A stretch of 64,000 nucleotides of DNA from Lytechinus pictus (Eukaryota): assembly GCF_037042905.1 (NCBI RefSeq), contig NC_087245.1:20586001-20650000 (forward strand), read 5' to 3'. Positions 1 through 12,295 of the stretch are shown piece by piece (the stretch's first letter is position 1; every line of letters begins with the position of its first letter). Below the pieces are notes generated by a model. That model saw only the letters and a program-made list of their open reading frames with translations. It did no database searches and was not told the origin of the DNA. The position numbers were made by a program, and so were the translations under genes.

Positions 1-1391
1 TGCGTCTATTTCGGTAGATCATGCGTCCTCTAAGAGTTTACGATTGCCTCCGCCATCACGATGTTGTAGAGAAGAGGACTATCATTGATCGGCGGTAGTG
101 TCGCGCGCTGCATCATCATTATCTTCTTTTCCTTCCTCCAATTATGTCGGAGATCAAAACAAATCATCTTCTTCCTCCGCTTTTGTCGGAGATCAAAACA
201 AATCCTGTCATCAGTGTAGCTTGCAGCATTTGTCCACGTGCCGGCCACCCACAAATTTTAATGTATTTTTTTGTTTTTTAATATCTGCCGATCCGATATC
301 CGAACCGATTTCGATTTTAGGAGCAAATCTTCCGAACCGAACTCCGATCCCGTTATTGCTCTAACTTACAACGTATGGACTCTTGGAGAGAGTTCAAAAT
401 AATATATAGCCCTAAATAATGTATGATGGGAGAGTGGAAATATATACCAAAATATGGCTTTATTCCATCAAATTTATAAGCAGAATTGAGTGCATGTAAT
501 AGACATCGGTTTAAGTAGTCAGTAAACATGATAAAGGGTCTGAAAGCCTTAGTTGAGGAATCGGCGTATGATCCCTAGAAAACCGCATCCAGTATAAGCG
601 CTTCTCGCTGGCATAGGGCGATAGCGGGAAGAATCTTGACTGCAGATACAGCGATTTGGGTCATGTGGGTTTGAGTCCAAGATAAGGTACAGTATATGTA
701 AGAAACACACACACAAAAAAAAACGATAGAGAAACAGGAAGTGAATGAACCGGAAGTCTTGACAATCTTTTGTTATTTTTGGTGGCTGTTGCAATAGGAT
801 AGACTCTTGGAGAAGGATATGACGGACAGCAGTTGGGAACATGAATGTAGACAGATTACCGGCATGAATAACAGACCCTGTATACTAACAATATAGAACC
901 TCTACTGGGCAAGATCCTGGTGGATACAATGATAAAGGATGTGACTATAGTGTTTGGGCAAAAGCTACTAATCAACCCTGTCTAAAGCGCCACTAATCCA
1001 CACTAAAATCTATCACCGTTCTCTATCTTCTATACTGCCATTTATACACATAAAGGACAGCTGGATCACCGCAAACTGCCAAAAGCATGAAAAGATTACT
1101 TGACCTCAAAACCACTACTTTTTCCATCTTTCAGGAACAGTTTAGTCCACCATTTGGTGTATTGAATTGGTCTTACGTGTATACCACTCAAAGCTCAGAT
1201 TTTTTTTTTTTATAGATGTACCAAATCAACACTTCTCAAACAATAAAACCACTATGGATAAGTTAATTAAGGTTGGTAGTGATAAATGTGATCCAAGGAA
1301 ATCTGGAGGGATTTTAGCAAGTTTCTGGCTACAATTCACAATGTTAATTGCGAACTCCTTGTGCTTGTCCAGCATTGTGAATACCCATGAG

Positions 1392-1516
1392 CAGGGGCCG
1401 CGGAACGGTTTTCAAAGTGGGGGGGCTGACCATGCTAAAAATCTAAAACAAAAGTTTTTGTACACGGTTTTGGAAAAAAGTGGGGGGCTCCAGCCCCCCC
1501 GCTTCCGCGGCCCCTG
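1392..1516. mobile_element. Short G-rich MITE with 5-bp TSD
   Basis: TIR CAGGGGCCGCGGAA and TSD ATGAG. Sister copies at 32338-32482 and 43084-43239. Confidence 0.8.
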
Positions 1517-1616
1517 ATGAGTATGTACTCTGCATTGCCCCTAACACTCAACTATGCATCATTTTGTCTAAGAAACATGACAGGGGGATAGGGGAAGGTT
1601 TAAAATTTCATATTCA

Positions 1617-2212
1617 TATCCACCCCAGGAAAATGCTGAGTTGAATAAATAGAGAAAAATCAAACTAGCATAATGCTGAAAACTTCATCAAAATCGGATG
1701 TAAAAAATAAGAAAGTTACGATAATGACATTTTAAATTTTGCTTATTTTTCACAAAACAGTGATATGCACAACTAGGTGAGTCAGTCGATGATGTCCATC
1801 ACTCACTATTTCTTTCGTTTTTTATTGCTTGAATAATACAATATTTAATTTTTTATAGATTTGACAATAAAGACCAACTTGACTGAACCATATAATATTA
1901 AACAATGCTAATTCCACATGTTCAGGGAGGAATTAATTGTTGTTTCACTTGACAATGAGGAGAAAATTAGAATATTTTATATTTCATATAATAAAATACA
2001 AAAGAAATAGTGAGTGGATGAGGTCATCAGTCTCCTCATTTGCATACTGACCAGGATGTGCATATAACTGTTTTTGTGAAATTAAGCGAAACTTTAAAAT
2101 GTCATAACTTTCTTATTTTACATCCGATTTTGATGAAACTTTTCAGTGTTATGCTTGTTGGATTTTTATCTTTTTATTCAAATCAACTTTTTGTTGGGGT
2201 GGACTTGTTCTT
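1617..2212. mobile_element. Kolobok-type MITE, same family as 31481-32080
   Basis: Reverse-complement similarity along its length; ends ggggtggacttgttct|ttaa. Confidence 0.8.
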
Positions 2213-2538
2213 TAAAACAGACGGAAGTAGATGAGGCAGTTGATGACTTTTATCTTGCCAAGAAGGTAGCTCAGTTGCTGAGGAGAGTAGACAGCAGCCT
2301 GTAAAAACTGTATTCTATATAGTATTAGGCCCTGAACATATCTTGGTTTAAGAAATTCCAAAGGAATATCAGGAAGCTCACACAAATATAAGATTGGATC
2401 TGTAGATCCATTTGTCTCTTATTTACAGTTTAAAATGTTATTTTACAGTTTATTTTCCCCTAGGTTTCTTATATTGAGTTGTTGAAGGACTTCATATAAA
2501 TGCTTACAGAACTAAGCTTTTCTTTCTCTTTCATACAG

Positions 2539-2715
2539 ATTTGTTGACTGCTTTAACTTCAGAATGTCCATCATGGCTTCCTGCAGACGAGCGATCCTAC
2601 CTTGATGATAGGTTGCCAGAGACCTTGAGAAGAATAACTAGTCCAAAAACACAGCAAGAATTTGAAGATCTTATTGAGCTTGGAGAGCCCCTCATTATAA
2701 CGGATGCAATGAAAG
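2539..2715 (+). CDS. JmjC-domain (cupin-like) 2OG/Fe(II) oxygenase, first identifiable coding exon (upstream exon not found)
   Basis: Pyrimidine tract plus catacAG acceptor at 2537-2538 and G|gtattt donor at 2716. Encodes LLTALTSECPSW...GEPLIITDAMK(G), which splices in phase 1 to GWESFGTW. This gives the PxIIxxxxxxWxxxxxW pattern that opens small JmjC proteins. Confidence 0.85.
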
Positions 2716-2967
2716 GTATTTTACACTGATGCCCATGTCATATTAGTTTTGTAGAAACAGATCATCCTGGAAGTCAATCATGTCTCAGAATTCATCTTTT
2801 CACAGCAACTTTTGATTGATATATATTGACTTTGATATTATTGAATAGTTTACTGTATGTGCTTTGTAAAATTGAATTAGTCAAATGAGTGATGTATGTA
2901 CAGGTGTAGGCAGTATTTGCTTTACAAATGTATGCAATCTTAAACTTGCTGTTCTATTCTGTTTTAC

Positions 2968-4330
2968 TTTTTGCCTCACCTGCGAAGCAGAGTGAGACTA
3001 TAGGCGCCGCTTTTCCGACAACGGTGGCGTCAACACCAAATCTTAACCGAAGTTTAAGTTTTTGAAACGACAGCATAACTTAGAAAGTATATGGACCTAG
3101 TTCATGAAACTTGGCCATAAGGTTAATGAAGTATTACTGAACATCCTGCCTGAGTTTTGGGTCACATGACAGAGGTCATTTAGGGTCAATGAACTTAGAC
3201 CATGTTAGGGGAATCAACATCAAAATCTTAATCCTGCCTGAGTTTAAAGTCACATGACCAAGGTCAAAGGTCATTTAGGGTCAATGAACTTTGGCCGAGT
3301 TGGGGGTATCTGTTGAATTACCATCATAATGTGGAGCGTTGTGGCCCAGTGGATTAGTCTTCGGACTTTGAAACAGAGGGTCGTGGGTTCGAATCCCAGC
3401 CATGGCGTAATTTCCTTCCGACAAGAAATTTATCCACATTGTGCTGCACTCGACCCAGGTGAGGTAAATGAGTACCTGGCAGGAATTTATTCCTTGAAAT
3501 GCCAACGCGCTGTAAAAGGCTGCGAGGCTAAAGCCAGGGTAATAATATCAAATTAAGCGCATAGGGACGCATTTGGCAGTGATATGCGCTATATAAGCAT
3601 GTTGGTATTAGTTAGTATTATTAACTTTAAAAGTTTATGGATCTGATTCATGAAACGTGGACATAAGAGTAATCAAGTATCACTGAACATCCTGTGCGAG
3701 TTTCAGGTTACATGATCAAGGTCAAAAGTCATTTAAGGTCAAGGAACTTTGGCCAAGTTGGGGGTATTTGTTGAATTACCATCATAACTTTGAAAGTTTA
3801 TGGATCTGATTCATGAAACTTGGACATAAGAGTAATCAAGTATCATTCAACATCCTGTGCGAGTTTCAGGTCACATGACCAAGGTCAATGAACTTTGGCC
3901 ATGTTGGGGGTATCTGTTGAATTACAATCGTAACTTTGAAAGTTTATGGATCTGATTCATGAAACTTGGACATAAGAGTAATCAAGTATCATTCAACATC
4001 CTGTGCAAGTTTCAGGTCACATGACCAAAGTCAAAGGTCATTGAACTTCGCCATTTTGGAGGTAATTATTAGATTGCTGTCATAACTTTCAAAGTTTATA
4101 GATAGTTTATAAAATGTGGATATACATGTAGGGGTAATCACGTATCACTGACAAGTCTTAGGTCACATGATCAAGGTCAAATGTCATTTATTGTCAATGA
4201 ATGTAGTATTGTATCATTATATAAATTGTGTTTTTTGTGAATAATTATTTTATAGTAGTTTTCAAAATCAGCACTGCTGCTATATTGAATTGCGCGATGC
4301 AGGTGAGACTGCCAGAGGCACTCCACTTGT
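2968..4330 (+). mobile_element. Non-autonomous Helentron/HINE-like element with internal tandem subrepeats of ~120-140 bp
   Basis: T-rich start and subterminal IR CTCACCTGC (2975-2983) / GCAGGTGAG (4299-4307). 3' hairpin TGCC-AGA-GGCA. Repeated cataactttgaaagttt...ttcatgaaacttgg...ggtcacatgaccaaggtca units. Confidence 0.7.
3330..3623 (+). mobile_element. tRNA-derived SINE
   Basis: A box TGGCCCAGTGG, B box GGTTCGAATCC (3386-3396), central tgcactcgacccaggtg domain, and an AGCGC...GCGCTATATAAG stem-loop with (TAT)n tail. Splits a subrepeat of the Helentron-like element. Confidence 0.9.
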
Positions 4331-4620
4331 GGCCCAGTGGATTAGTCTTCGGACTTTGAAACAGAGGGTCGTGGGTTCGAATCCCAGCCATGGCGTAATT
4401 TCCTTCGGCAAGAAATTTATCCACATTGTGCTGCACTCGACCCAGGTGAGGTGAATGGGTACCCGGTAGGATTTATTCCTTGAATGCTTTAGCGCCTATA
4501 TGGCCGCTTAGCTACAGCCGGGGTAATAATAATATACCAAGTATATTTCAGCGCCTTGAGCACATAATCAATGTGGATTTGGCGCTTTATAAATACTCTA
4601 TATTATTATTATTATTATTG
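4328..4620 (+). mobile_element. tRNA-derived SINE, same head family
   Basis: Head nearly identical to 3339-3490; ends in gcgctttataaat...(TAT)n. Confidence 0.9.
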
Positions 4621-4833
4621 TTTTTTACTCATGACCTTGAATATTGCTTTCTAAACTTGATCATCAAATTATCATAATCATTGTCATTGTTATCATCATG
4701 TCCTTGTCATAATCATCACCATCATTAAGATCACTTTCATAATAATCGATACCATTATTATTACTATACCTGCCACCACCATCATTATTTCTGTTCTTGA
4801 GAGATTTTCTGATAGATGTTTTCTCTTCTTAAG

Positions 4834-4910
4834 GATGGGAGAGTTTTGGAACATGGGATTGTAGTTCATTCTCCCAACGATATAAGGATGCAGACTACTT
4901 TGACTGGCAG
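4834..4910 (+). CDS. JmjC oxygenase exon
   Basis: ttctcttcttaAG acceptor and CAG|gtaaga donor. Reads (G)WESFGTWDCSSFSQRYKDADYFDWQ, phase 1 in and phase 0 out. Confidence 0.85.
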
Positions 4911-5585
4911 GTAAGATTTTGTTTTAAGTTTTCCATGATTTTTGTTTTACTCCTACAAACGTCAATACAAAATAAAATCTATTGTCACGTACAACTAAAT
5001 GATGAAGTTTCGGGACAAGTATAATGACCATACACTGTTTCTAAATTTTCATTGTCTTCCATACTGGTTTTTTATTTGTTTTAAAAAGGTTGTTCAAATT
5101 TGTGGCCAACAATTTTTAAACTGTATATGTGATTTAGTTATTGGTGCTACTCTACTTTGATTCACTATTTTCATATTTCTAAAATATATTACTTGTATTT
5201 AGTACTATAGTATAGCGCCCTCTGTAATTGTAATGCCTCTAGACTATCTCTTGAGAGCCATGATGACACTGCAGTTGATGAATTGTATGAGGTGATAGTA
5301 GTATTACAGAAAAAAATGGCAAGAGCTATCTATTTAGAAATTCTCTTTAGAACAGAAGTAGTAGTAATTAAGTTAACCATCAATTCTATTTCCTTAACCA
5401 GGGCATAGGCTGGGTAAAGCTATACATTTTTCTTGAAATTTATTGTAAGATTTCTACATTATATTGAATTTCTTATGTGGATACATGTATTCTGAGTCTG
5501 GGAGGACCAGGTGCTCCCCCCTCAATGCTTCATTCATATTTCATACCAATTTACCATATTATTATTTTTTTTGGTTTGGTTTCAG

Positions 5586-5699
5586 GCTAATGTGAAGTAC
5601 CAGCTATCCAATATCAGCAGTAGACCTGGCTACAATGGAATGGCATGTGCAGCAGGATATATAGAACCATTTTGGCCAGAAAATTCAAAATATGTAAAG
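5586..5699 (+). CDS. JmjC oxygenase exon
   Basis: tttcAG acceptor and AAG|gtaatg donor. 114 nt, phase 0/0, encoding ANVKYQLSNISSRPGYNGMACAAGYIEPFWPENSKYVK. Confidence 0.8.
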
Positions 5700-5740
5700 G
5701 TAATGAAAAACTAAAAGGAAGTACAAGACATTACTGACAC

Positions 5741-7088
5741 CAGGCACGTAGCCAGGGGGGTGGTGGGGGCGGTCGCCCCCCCCCCCCCCAAAAGAAAAAA
5801 AAAGAAGAGGAAAATGAGAAAAAGAAAAAACGAAAGGAGAAAAGGGAAGAAAGGTATAGCTCTTGTTTTTTCCTTCGTTTTGGTCAAAAGAATAACAACC
5901 TAAACGAGACGTTATTCTTCTCTCTTCATGCTATAAATTTGCTTCCGCGCGGGGAAAATATCAAAATTGCCATTCCCTTTTGTTTCCCACACCTTTTTTC
6001 TACTCTATTTTTCTCCGTCCCGGCCGTGGGAATCGTATGTTCTTGCCAGAAATTAAAGTATACATGGGTGTAAAGAGTATGAAAAGTATTTTTTTTATAT
6101 TCCATTGATACAAAATTTTGGCTCTTCTGTACGGAGCGGGTAAACATTACGGTCACTCTTGAGTCCCCAAGTGCTTTTTCTTACGCTTTTCAGCAAGTAA
6201 ATTTTGGCAAGGTGTCTGCTCAAAGGGGGAGGAAATAAATTTGTGCCGTGCTAGTTGCAATAGTATGTACGATATTAGATTTTATTCTATATCGCTGCAC
6301 ATCCCTCTCCTGTCTTGTTTTGCATCATTAATTTTAAATTTTGAATATCACTGAACTTTCTTAATAAAAAAAAGAGGCGCTTAATATGAGCGAAATTTTT
6401 TTTCTTTCAAAATAAATCACAGAGGTTTCCGTGCTTCGCGAGCATGGGAAATGAAAAGTCCCTCTTCTAGCTTGCATCATCCCTTTCACATTTTGAGCTT
6501 GTTTTTCTTCTTAATTGAGTTATATATAAACTAAGAAATATCAAAATTAGAACAGGTTAGAGTTTCAGATAATTTTCTAAAAATCAGAGCTTCAACGCCA
6601 TTCGCGGGAAGGAATAGGGCCTATTTTCTTCTGTATATAGCCATTTTCTACTCTGTTTTGCGACTTGAGTTAACGAAATTTAATGTGGATAAAGTTTTTA
6701 CTCTCAAATCTGATGTGACCAAGATAGGCATAATTGTATCATTTCTTCTCTCTCTTTTGTAAAACGTTTAAAAATTCCGCGCTTCGCGCGCAAAGAGAAA
6801 TTATTTCAAATTCTCCAATCTTTTCCCATTTTTTGGAGAGCTCATAATTTCTTTCGAAAACAATATTTTTTTAATCACAGCAAGTCAATATTTGAGTAGA
6901 TAAGGGTACTAGAGACGCCTTCTTTTGATTTGAATTTGATGAGATATCAAAAACTTCGCACTCCGCGGGGGAGGGGGGAAACTCCCCCCTCCCTGCACCC
7001 TCCCCCCTAGGCGCGCGCTCTGTAAGTGTTGGTACGCTTTGCGTGCACTTACCGCCCCCTCCAAAATTATATCCTGGCTACGCGGTTG
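5741..7088. mobile_element. hAT-like non-autonomous element
   Basis: caggcacgtagccagg / cctggctacgcggttg ends, with 8-bp flanks ACTGACAC / ACTGACGC. Confidence 0.65.
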
Positions 7089-7973
7089 ACTGACGCATAT
7101 GTTTAGTTTGAATAATTCCCTTAATTCATTTTTAAAAAATTTAGTAATACCTTTTATATTTACTTTCATTTCATAAAACTGTAGAAAATTAATTGCTTTT
7201 ATGATAACTTTTTATATAATTTACCTATGTAATGAATTCAACTTTATGTCATAGACATAGAACTCTCCCAATAGTGAGCAAATTTTGATGAGTGGTATGC
7301 AAGAATTTTGGAATTCATGTGATTTCAAATAACCTTTATTCACCTTGGGCTTCCACTCTTTTCTTTTCTTTCTACGTATATTATTATTTATATGACACCT
7401 AGATAGATCCTTGTCATTTGATTGGTTGTTTGATATCGATCGTTCAGCCCATTTACAATGATGTCATCAACCGTGTAATTTTGGATCCATTCATCATGCA
7501 ATTTTTGGATCCATACGATTTTGTCCATTACACGTGCGCACCGAGACTACAGGCATCACAAGTAAAACCACTCGTGTTTGCATGCAATGCATATGTTGTA
7601 TGTACGCGACAATAAACAGACTAAGCTTGCACTGCATGATCATATTTTGCATCGAAATTGATAAATTTCAAATGAAAAAGAATCTATTTTTAGGTGTCAT
7701 TTTAACCAAATAATGAATGTTTTTTTCATTTGTGCAATGGACAGAATACTTCATTCGGTGAAAGATGAAATGAATGATCCAGTCAACGAGGCGTAGCCGA
7801 GATGAATGGATCATTTCATCTTTTACCTCATGAAGTATTCTGTCCATTGCACTCATGAACATTTATTATTTGTATATTAAATTGCTTTCAACCAATCAAA
7901 TGACAAGAATCTTTATATGAGTTGTATATTATTATTTGTGTAACTGACATAAATCCATTTGTCTCTAAATCAG

Positions 7974-8123
7974 GATTGGATGAAAAAGATGTCGCCACTT
8001 CCTAGCTTCCTCCCAAGCAATGCCTTGCCTGATGATGCACCAATAACAGGGTTTCTAGGGGTGTCAGGAACGGGTGTATCTCCTCATCTGGATGAGACAT
8101 GTGATACCTTCATGACTGCGCAG
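7974..8123 (+). CDS. JmjC oxygenase exon carrying the HxD iron-binding motif
   Basis: aatcAG acceptor and CAG|gtaaag donor. 150 nt, phase 0/0, encoding ...GFLGVSGTGVSPHLDETCDTFMTAQ. Confidence 0.9.
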
Positions 8124-8712
8124 GTAAAGACAGTAACTGATGATCATTTGGTTTGATGTTTTTCAGAGCTTTTTATCTCACTAGAGGCCATCTGTCTGTT
8201 TTAGGGCAAAATCTGAAAATTAAAGATTAGTGGTCTTATTTTCAAACAGTTCTTTCTCGATCGAACATCCATTTCATCAATTATCCCCGCAGTACAATAA
8301 GGCTCATTTTGTCTTCTAACAGATTTTTAGAAAATACATGATAATGCTCTTCAATATTTTCCTGAAGAAGGAGGATTCTCTTAGCCTGTTTTTTGGTCTC
8401 ATATAGAATCCAATCTTGTGATCTTTTGAATATTTCTTAACAATTTCTGAACATTTTTTTTCATCAAAATTTTGTAAATATTTTTTTTGGTAAGTTCAAA
8501 TTTTAGTGTTTAGATAAGGATTTGAAGTACTTTCATCAACAATTTTCATAGATTAAAGGCACAGAGGCAGGGATGGTGGTAAAATATATAGGGAGATTTT
8601 AAAGGTATGAGAAGTAGATCAATAAATTTGGGAAAAGAAGTTTTTTTTTTGTTGAATGACCATTTAATTGGGGCTTCTCTTTAGATGAGGAGAGTAAGAG
8701 GTGGAACATTTA

Positions 8713-9271
8713 AGGAAAATGAAACCTTTGGAATAAGAAAGCTTGTGTGAAAACAGAAAAATCAAAGAATATCAACGAAAGTTTGAGAAAAATCGGACAA
8801 ATAATGAAAAAGTTATGAGCATTTGAATATTGCGATCACTAATGCTATGCTATATGATGATGTGTGGTGTCACTTGTGAACAACTTTCCCATTCCTTTAG
8901 TATATATTTCACTTAAACTGACTCTTTTATCACATCTATCAGTAGATCATGTATTCTTTCTACAGGAGGGCATGGAATACAGGTTTTCAAAGAATACATT
9001 ATGGATAAAGAGTTTGTATCACCATAAGAAAGAACAAAAAGAGACATTTTGGGGGTATTTTATAGTCCATCAAAGGGAAAGTTGTTCACATGTGACATCA
9101 CACATCTTTATCGCATTGCCAATGGGAGGATCCCCATAGCATTAGTGATCGCAATATTGAAATGCTCACAACTTTCTCATTTTTTGTCTGATTTTTCTCA
9201 AACTTTCTTTGTTCTTCTTTGATTTTTCTGTTTCCACCCAAGCCCACTTGTTCCAAAGGTTTAATTTCCCT
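8713..9271. mobile_element. TTAA-flanked MITE with long TIRs
   Basis: ttaaggaaaatgaaacctttggaa ... ttccaaaggtttaatttccctttaa, with internal IR gcgatcactaatgctatg / catagcattagtgatcgc. Confidence 0.7.
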
Positions 9272-9415
9272 TTAATGATTAATACTGGACTATCATCATG
9301 ACTAAAGAATATATAGAGAAATTAAAGGGCCTGTTTACATATTTGCAGTCTCTATTGAACCAGAAGTTTATGCCCAAGGAAAATTTTTATTTCATTCTGC
9401 TGCCTTTATTTTCAG

Positions 9416-9509
9416 TTCAGTGGAGTGAAGAATTGGAGTTTATCATGGCCTGTGAAAGAAAATGGGGTGGTGAAATGGAGAAAGCCGATAGTCTTCACAC
9501 TTTACCCAG
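9416..9509 (+). CDS. JmjC oxygenase exon with the GxKxW motif
   Basis: tttcAG acceptor and CCAG|gtaaac donor. Encodes FSGVKNWSLSWP...FTLYP(G), phase 0 in and phase 1 out. Confidence 0.88.
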
Positions 9510-11028
9510 GTAAACTTGAATTTCATCCATTTGATTTTTCATGTCTTTTTTGTTTGTTTACTATATATATTTTTTTTTCAATCCCTTCTTTTATACACTT
9601 ATTTGAACCATTTATGTGTGTAAAAGGTGAATTCCAGATGGGATAGCAATGACAACAGACTAACAACGGCGTGTTTCTTTCAGAGACTCGTCAAACGGTA
9701 TTATATACGTAAGTATCCAGAATTCCGGAAAACTTCCCTTTAGAAACAGACGCAATGCGGTTTATTGATAAACTGCATTGTGCAAAATACGGTTTCTCAT
9801 TGCCGTGTTATTGCCGTGTTAATCCGTTTTGAACGTGAGTCAATCGGATTATTCACTCTGTAGAAACAGGTCGGTTTAAGGGCGATACGGTTTTTCGATT
9901 CCGGAAAAGATAAACCGTTTCTGTAGAAACACGCCGATAGTGATCATCAAATGTTCCCATTCCATGTGACAAATGCCTCTGATAGAAAATAGTTCGCTCA
10001 AGAATAGGCAAAATAACCAAGTCTTTCTTTGAGTAAACATGTTTTTGTTTTAGGCTATTATTATGTCCAATGCACATGTGTGTTTATCTTATACATATAC
10101 CCCTACCTGCCATACATAGCTTTTAAGGAGTATATAGGAATCAGCATTTGGTTTGGTGGACAGACTATCTTTGAGTCAGTTGATAATCTTGCAGATCAAA
10201 GTAATTCCTCAGTTTCTGCACAACGCTCATGAGACGAGGTAAACATTATTGGAGTGAAATATTTGCAAGACACTTTTTGTGAATAAGTTGAGTGCTGCTT
10301 TGCCATGGTAATGCCATATTATGACAATAGATCAGAGATAAGTCTTGTAGAGCAAACTAATTCCTCTTGGCTCAAGCATTCGTCTTGGTGTGAAGATGTG
10401 CAACACACTTGAATATTTTGGTTAATGTGTTTCGAGGGTAACGACATGGCTATATATATCAGGAGATTTTTGCAGAGCAAATTATTTCCTTACCATTCTC
10501 TCATTGCCTATGTGACTTAGCACATACGTTGGTCTTGGAGTTGGGATCTCTAAAACACATTTTTGTCTTGCCTGCATAGCAGAGGGAGACTATTGGCGCC
10601 GCTTTTCTGACGGCTGGTGTCGTCAACATTGAAATCTTAACCAAAGGTTAAGTTTTTGAAATGTCATCTTAACTTAAAAAGTATAATTATGGACCCAGTT
10701 CATGAAATCTGGACGTAAGGGTAATCAAGTATTACTGAATATCCTGCTTGAGTTTCAAGTCACATGACCAAGGTCAAAGGTCATTTAGGGTCAATGAACT
10801 TAGATCATGTTGAGGGAATCAACATCAAAATCTTAACCTTAGGTTAAGTTTTTGAAATGTCATCATAACTTAGAAAGTATATTGACCTAATCGCTAGAGG
10901 GTATTCATTTGTCTCGCAATCTACTATGGTCAACAAGGAAATTCGTGATCACTCTCGCAAAAAGTGTTCACTGGCTTTCTAGGAAATTCGTGATCACTCT
11001 CGCAAAAAGTGTTCACTAGCTTACAAGT

Positions 11029-11069
11029 TCACGAGCTTTCGAGTGCCGCTGCAACTCTTTATCAAGTGA
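11029..11069 (-). ncRNA. Second copy of the hammerhead ribozyme in the inverted pLTR
   Basis: Exact reverse complement of 12296-12336. Confidence 0.72.
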
Positions 11070-11170
11070 CGAAAATTATCTGATGACGTACTCTATTTAT
11101 ACTAATCTCCAGGACCGTACGCACGAACGCGAGAACAATAGGTGGGTATTGATCCGTTGCGTCGGTATAC

Positions 11171-12097
11171 ATGAATAGCCAGCAACCGTCCATCCAGTTC
11201 ACTCTGGAGACTGAGCAAGGAGGGAAATTAGCATTCCTTGACACGCTAGTCCAAAGACACGAGGGCGGGAAACACTCCACCTCTGTCTACCGCAAGCCCA
11301 CTCATACAGACCAATACATACCATTTGATTCTCATCACGACAAATCGGTCAAGAAAGGTCTTGTTAAATGCCTGTTCGACAGAGCAGCACGTATCATAAC
11401 TCACCCACCTGAACTCCCGAAAGAAAGAGCACACATACGTGGCGCCTTGTACAGCAACGGCTACCCACGCCGTTTTATCAAGAACACTTTCAAGAAAAAA
11501 CTACCACCAAGGGATCAGAAGGTTTTCAAGACTTGCACAGTCTTGCCATACATAGATGGCCTCTCACAACAACTTAAACGCCGATTAGAAGGTCACGGTA
11601 TCCGAACGGTTTTCCGCTCGGACACCACCTTACACAAACAGCTTGTACACCCCAAAGACCCTATCCCTGATCACAGACGTGATGGCGTAGTATACAACAT
11701 TCCTTGCCAGGGATGTGACGGGTCTTACATCGGAGAAACAGCCCGACCGATAGTTGAACGCATTTCTGAACACAAGCGCGATGTTCGGTTACAGCGAACC
11801 GACACATCCGCGGTGGCAGAACATGCTTGGGAGAAACAACACCACCCAGATTGGGAGGGTGTACATTGCATTGCCAAAGAGAGACATTGGTATACACGCA
11901 GGATTAAGGAGGCTATTAGTATACGTCTTTGTCCTAACAACTTCAACAGAGACAGCGGGATCGACATCCCCGACTTCTGGATGCGAACCATCAGACAGCA
12001 CAATACCCCCTTGCCTGGCAGTGCACGCCGACCCGATCGTTCCCGGCCCCGAACGAGGGACTGCTCAGCTAGTCAGTCCCCGCCCACGGGAAACTAG
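11171..12097 (+). CDS. PLE polyprotein C-terminal fragment: RT motifs 6-7/thumb plus GIY-YIG endonuclease
   Basis: NSxxPxIxFTxExE...LAFLD, VYRKPTHT, NGYP, LPYI, GVVYNIPCxxC..YIGET, RISEH, SAVAEH, IKEAI and FNRD motifs of Penelope/Poseidon-type PLEs. No stops in 308 codons. The RT catalytic core is missing. Confidence 0.93.
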   Translation: MNSQQPSIQFTLETEQGGKLAFLDTLVQRHEGGKHSTSVYRKPTHTDQYIPFDSHHDKSVKKGLVKCLFDRAARIITHPPELPKERAHIRGALYSNGYPRRFIKNTFKKKLPPRDQKVFKTCTVLPYIDGLSQQLKRRLEGHGIRTVFRSDTTLHKQLVHPKDPIPDHRRDGVVYNIPCQGCDGSYIGETARPIVERISEHKRDVRLQRTDTSAVAEHAWEKQHHPDWEGVHCIAKERHWYTRRIKEAISIRLCPNNFNRDSGIDIPDFWMRTIRQHNTPLPGSARRPDRSRPRTRDCSASQSPPTGN

Positions 12098-12270
12098 CGA
12101 GCCCGCCAATTTTGTCTAATTTGCATATCGCCGACCCACGGCGTATTTGCATATACCCCCGGCTTATTTGCATATACGGATTACCGGCCGCGCCGCATAC
12201 CGACGCAACGGATCAATACCCACCTATTGTTCTCGCGTTCGTGCGTACGGTCCTGGAGATTAGTATAAAT
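12078..12270 (+). promoter_or_regulatory. Putative PLE pLTR promoter
   Basis: GC box CCCCGCCC, CCAAT, three ATTTGCAT octamers (12119, 12145, 12166) and TATAAAT at 12264-12270, about 26 nt upstream of the hammerhead. Confidence 0.5.
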
Positions 12271-12295
12271 AGAGTACGTCATCAGATAATTTTCG

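Noticed and set aside
1..1200. Candidate first coding exon of the JmjC gene
   Set aside because: No ATG-containing phase-1 exon with a convincing donor could be identified. It may lie upstream of the window.
3330..3405. tRNA-like sequence with A and B boxes (also 4328, 24350, 41740)
   Set aside because: Continues into a SINE body and tail and is multi-copy with variation, so it is not a tRNA gene.
11080..11086. Canonical hammerhead core CTGATGA on the + strand of the left arm
   Set aside because: No downstream stem II-GAAA-UH arrangement. The fitting motif is the variant core on the other strand.
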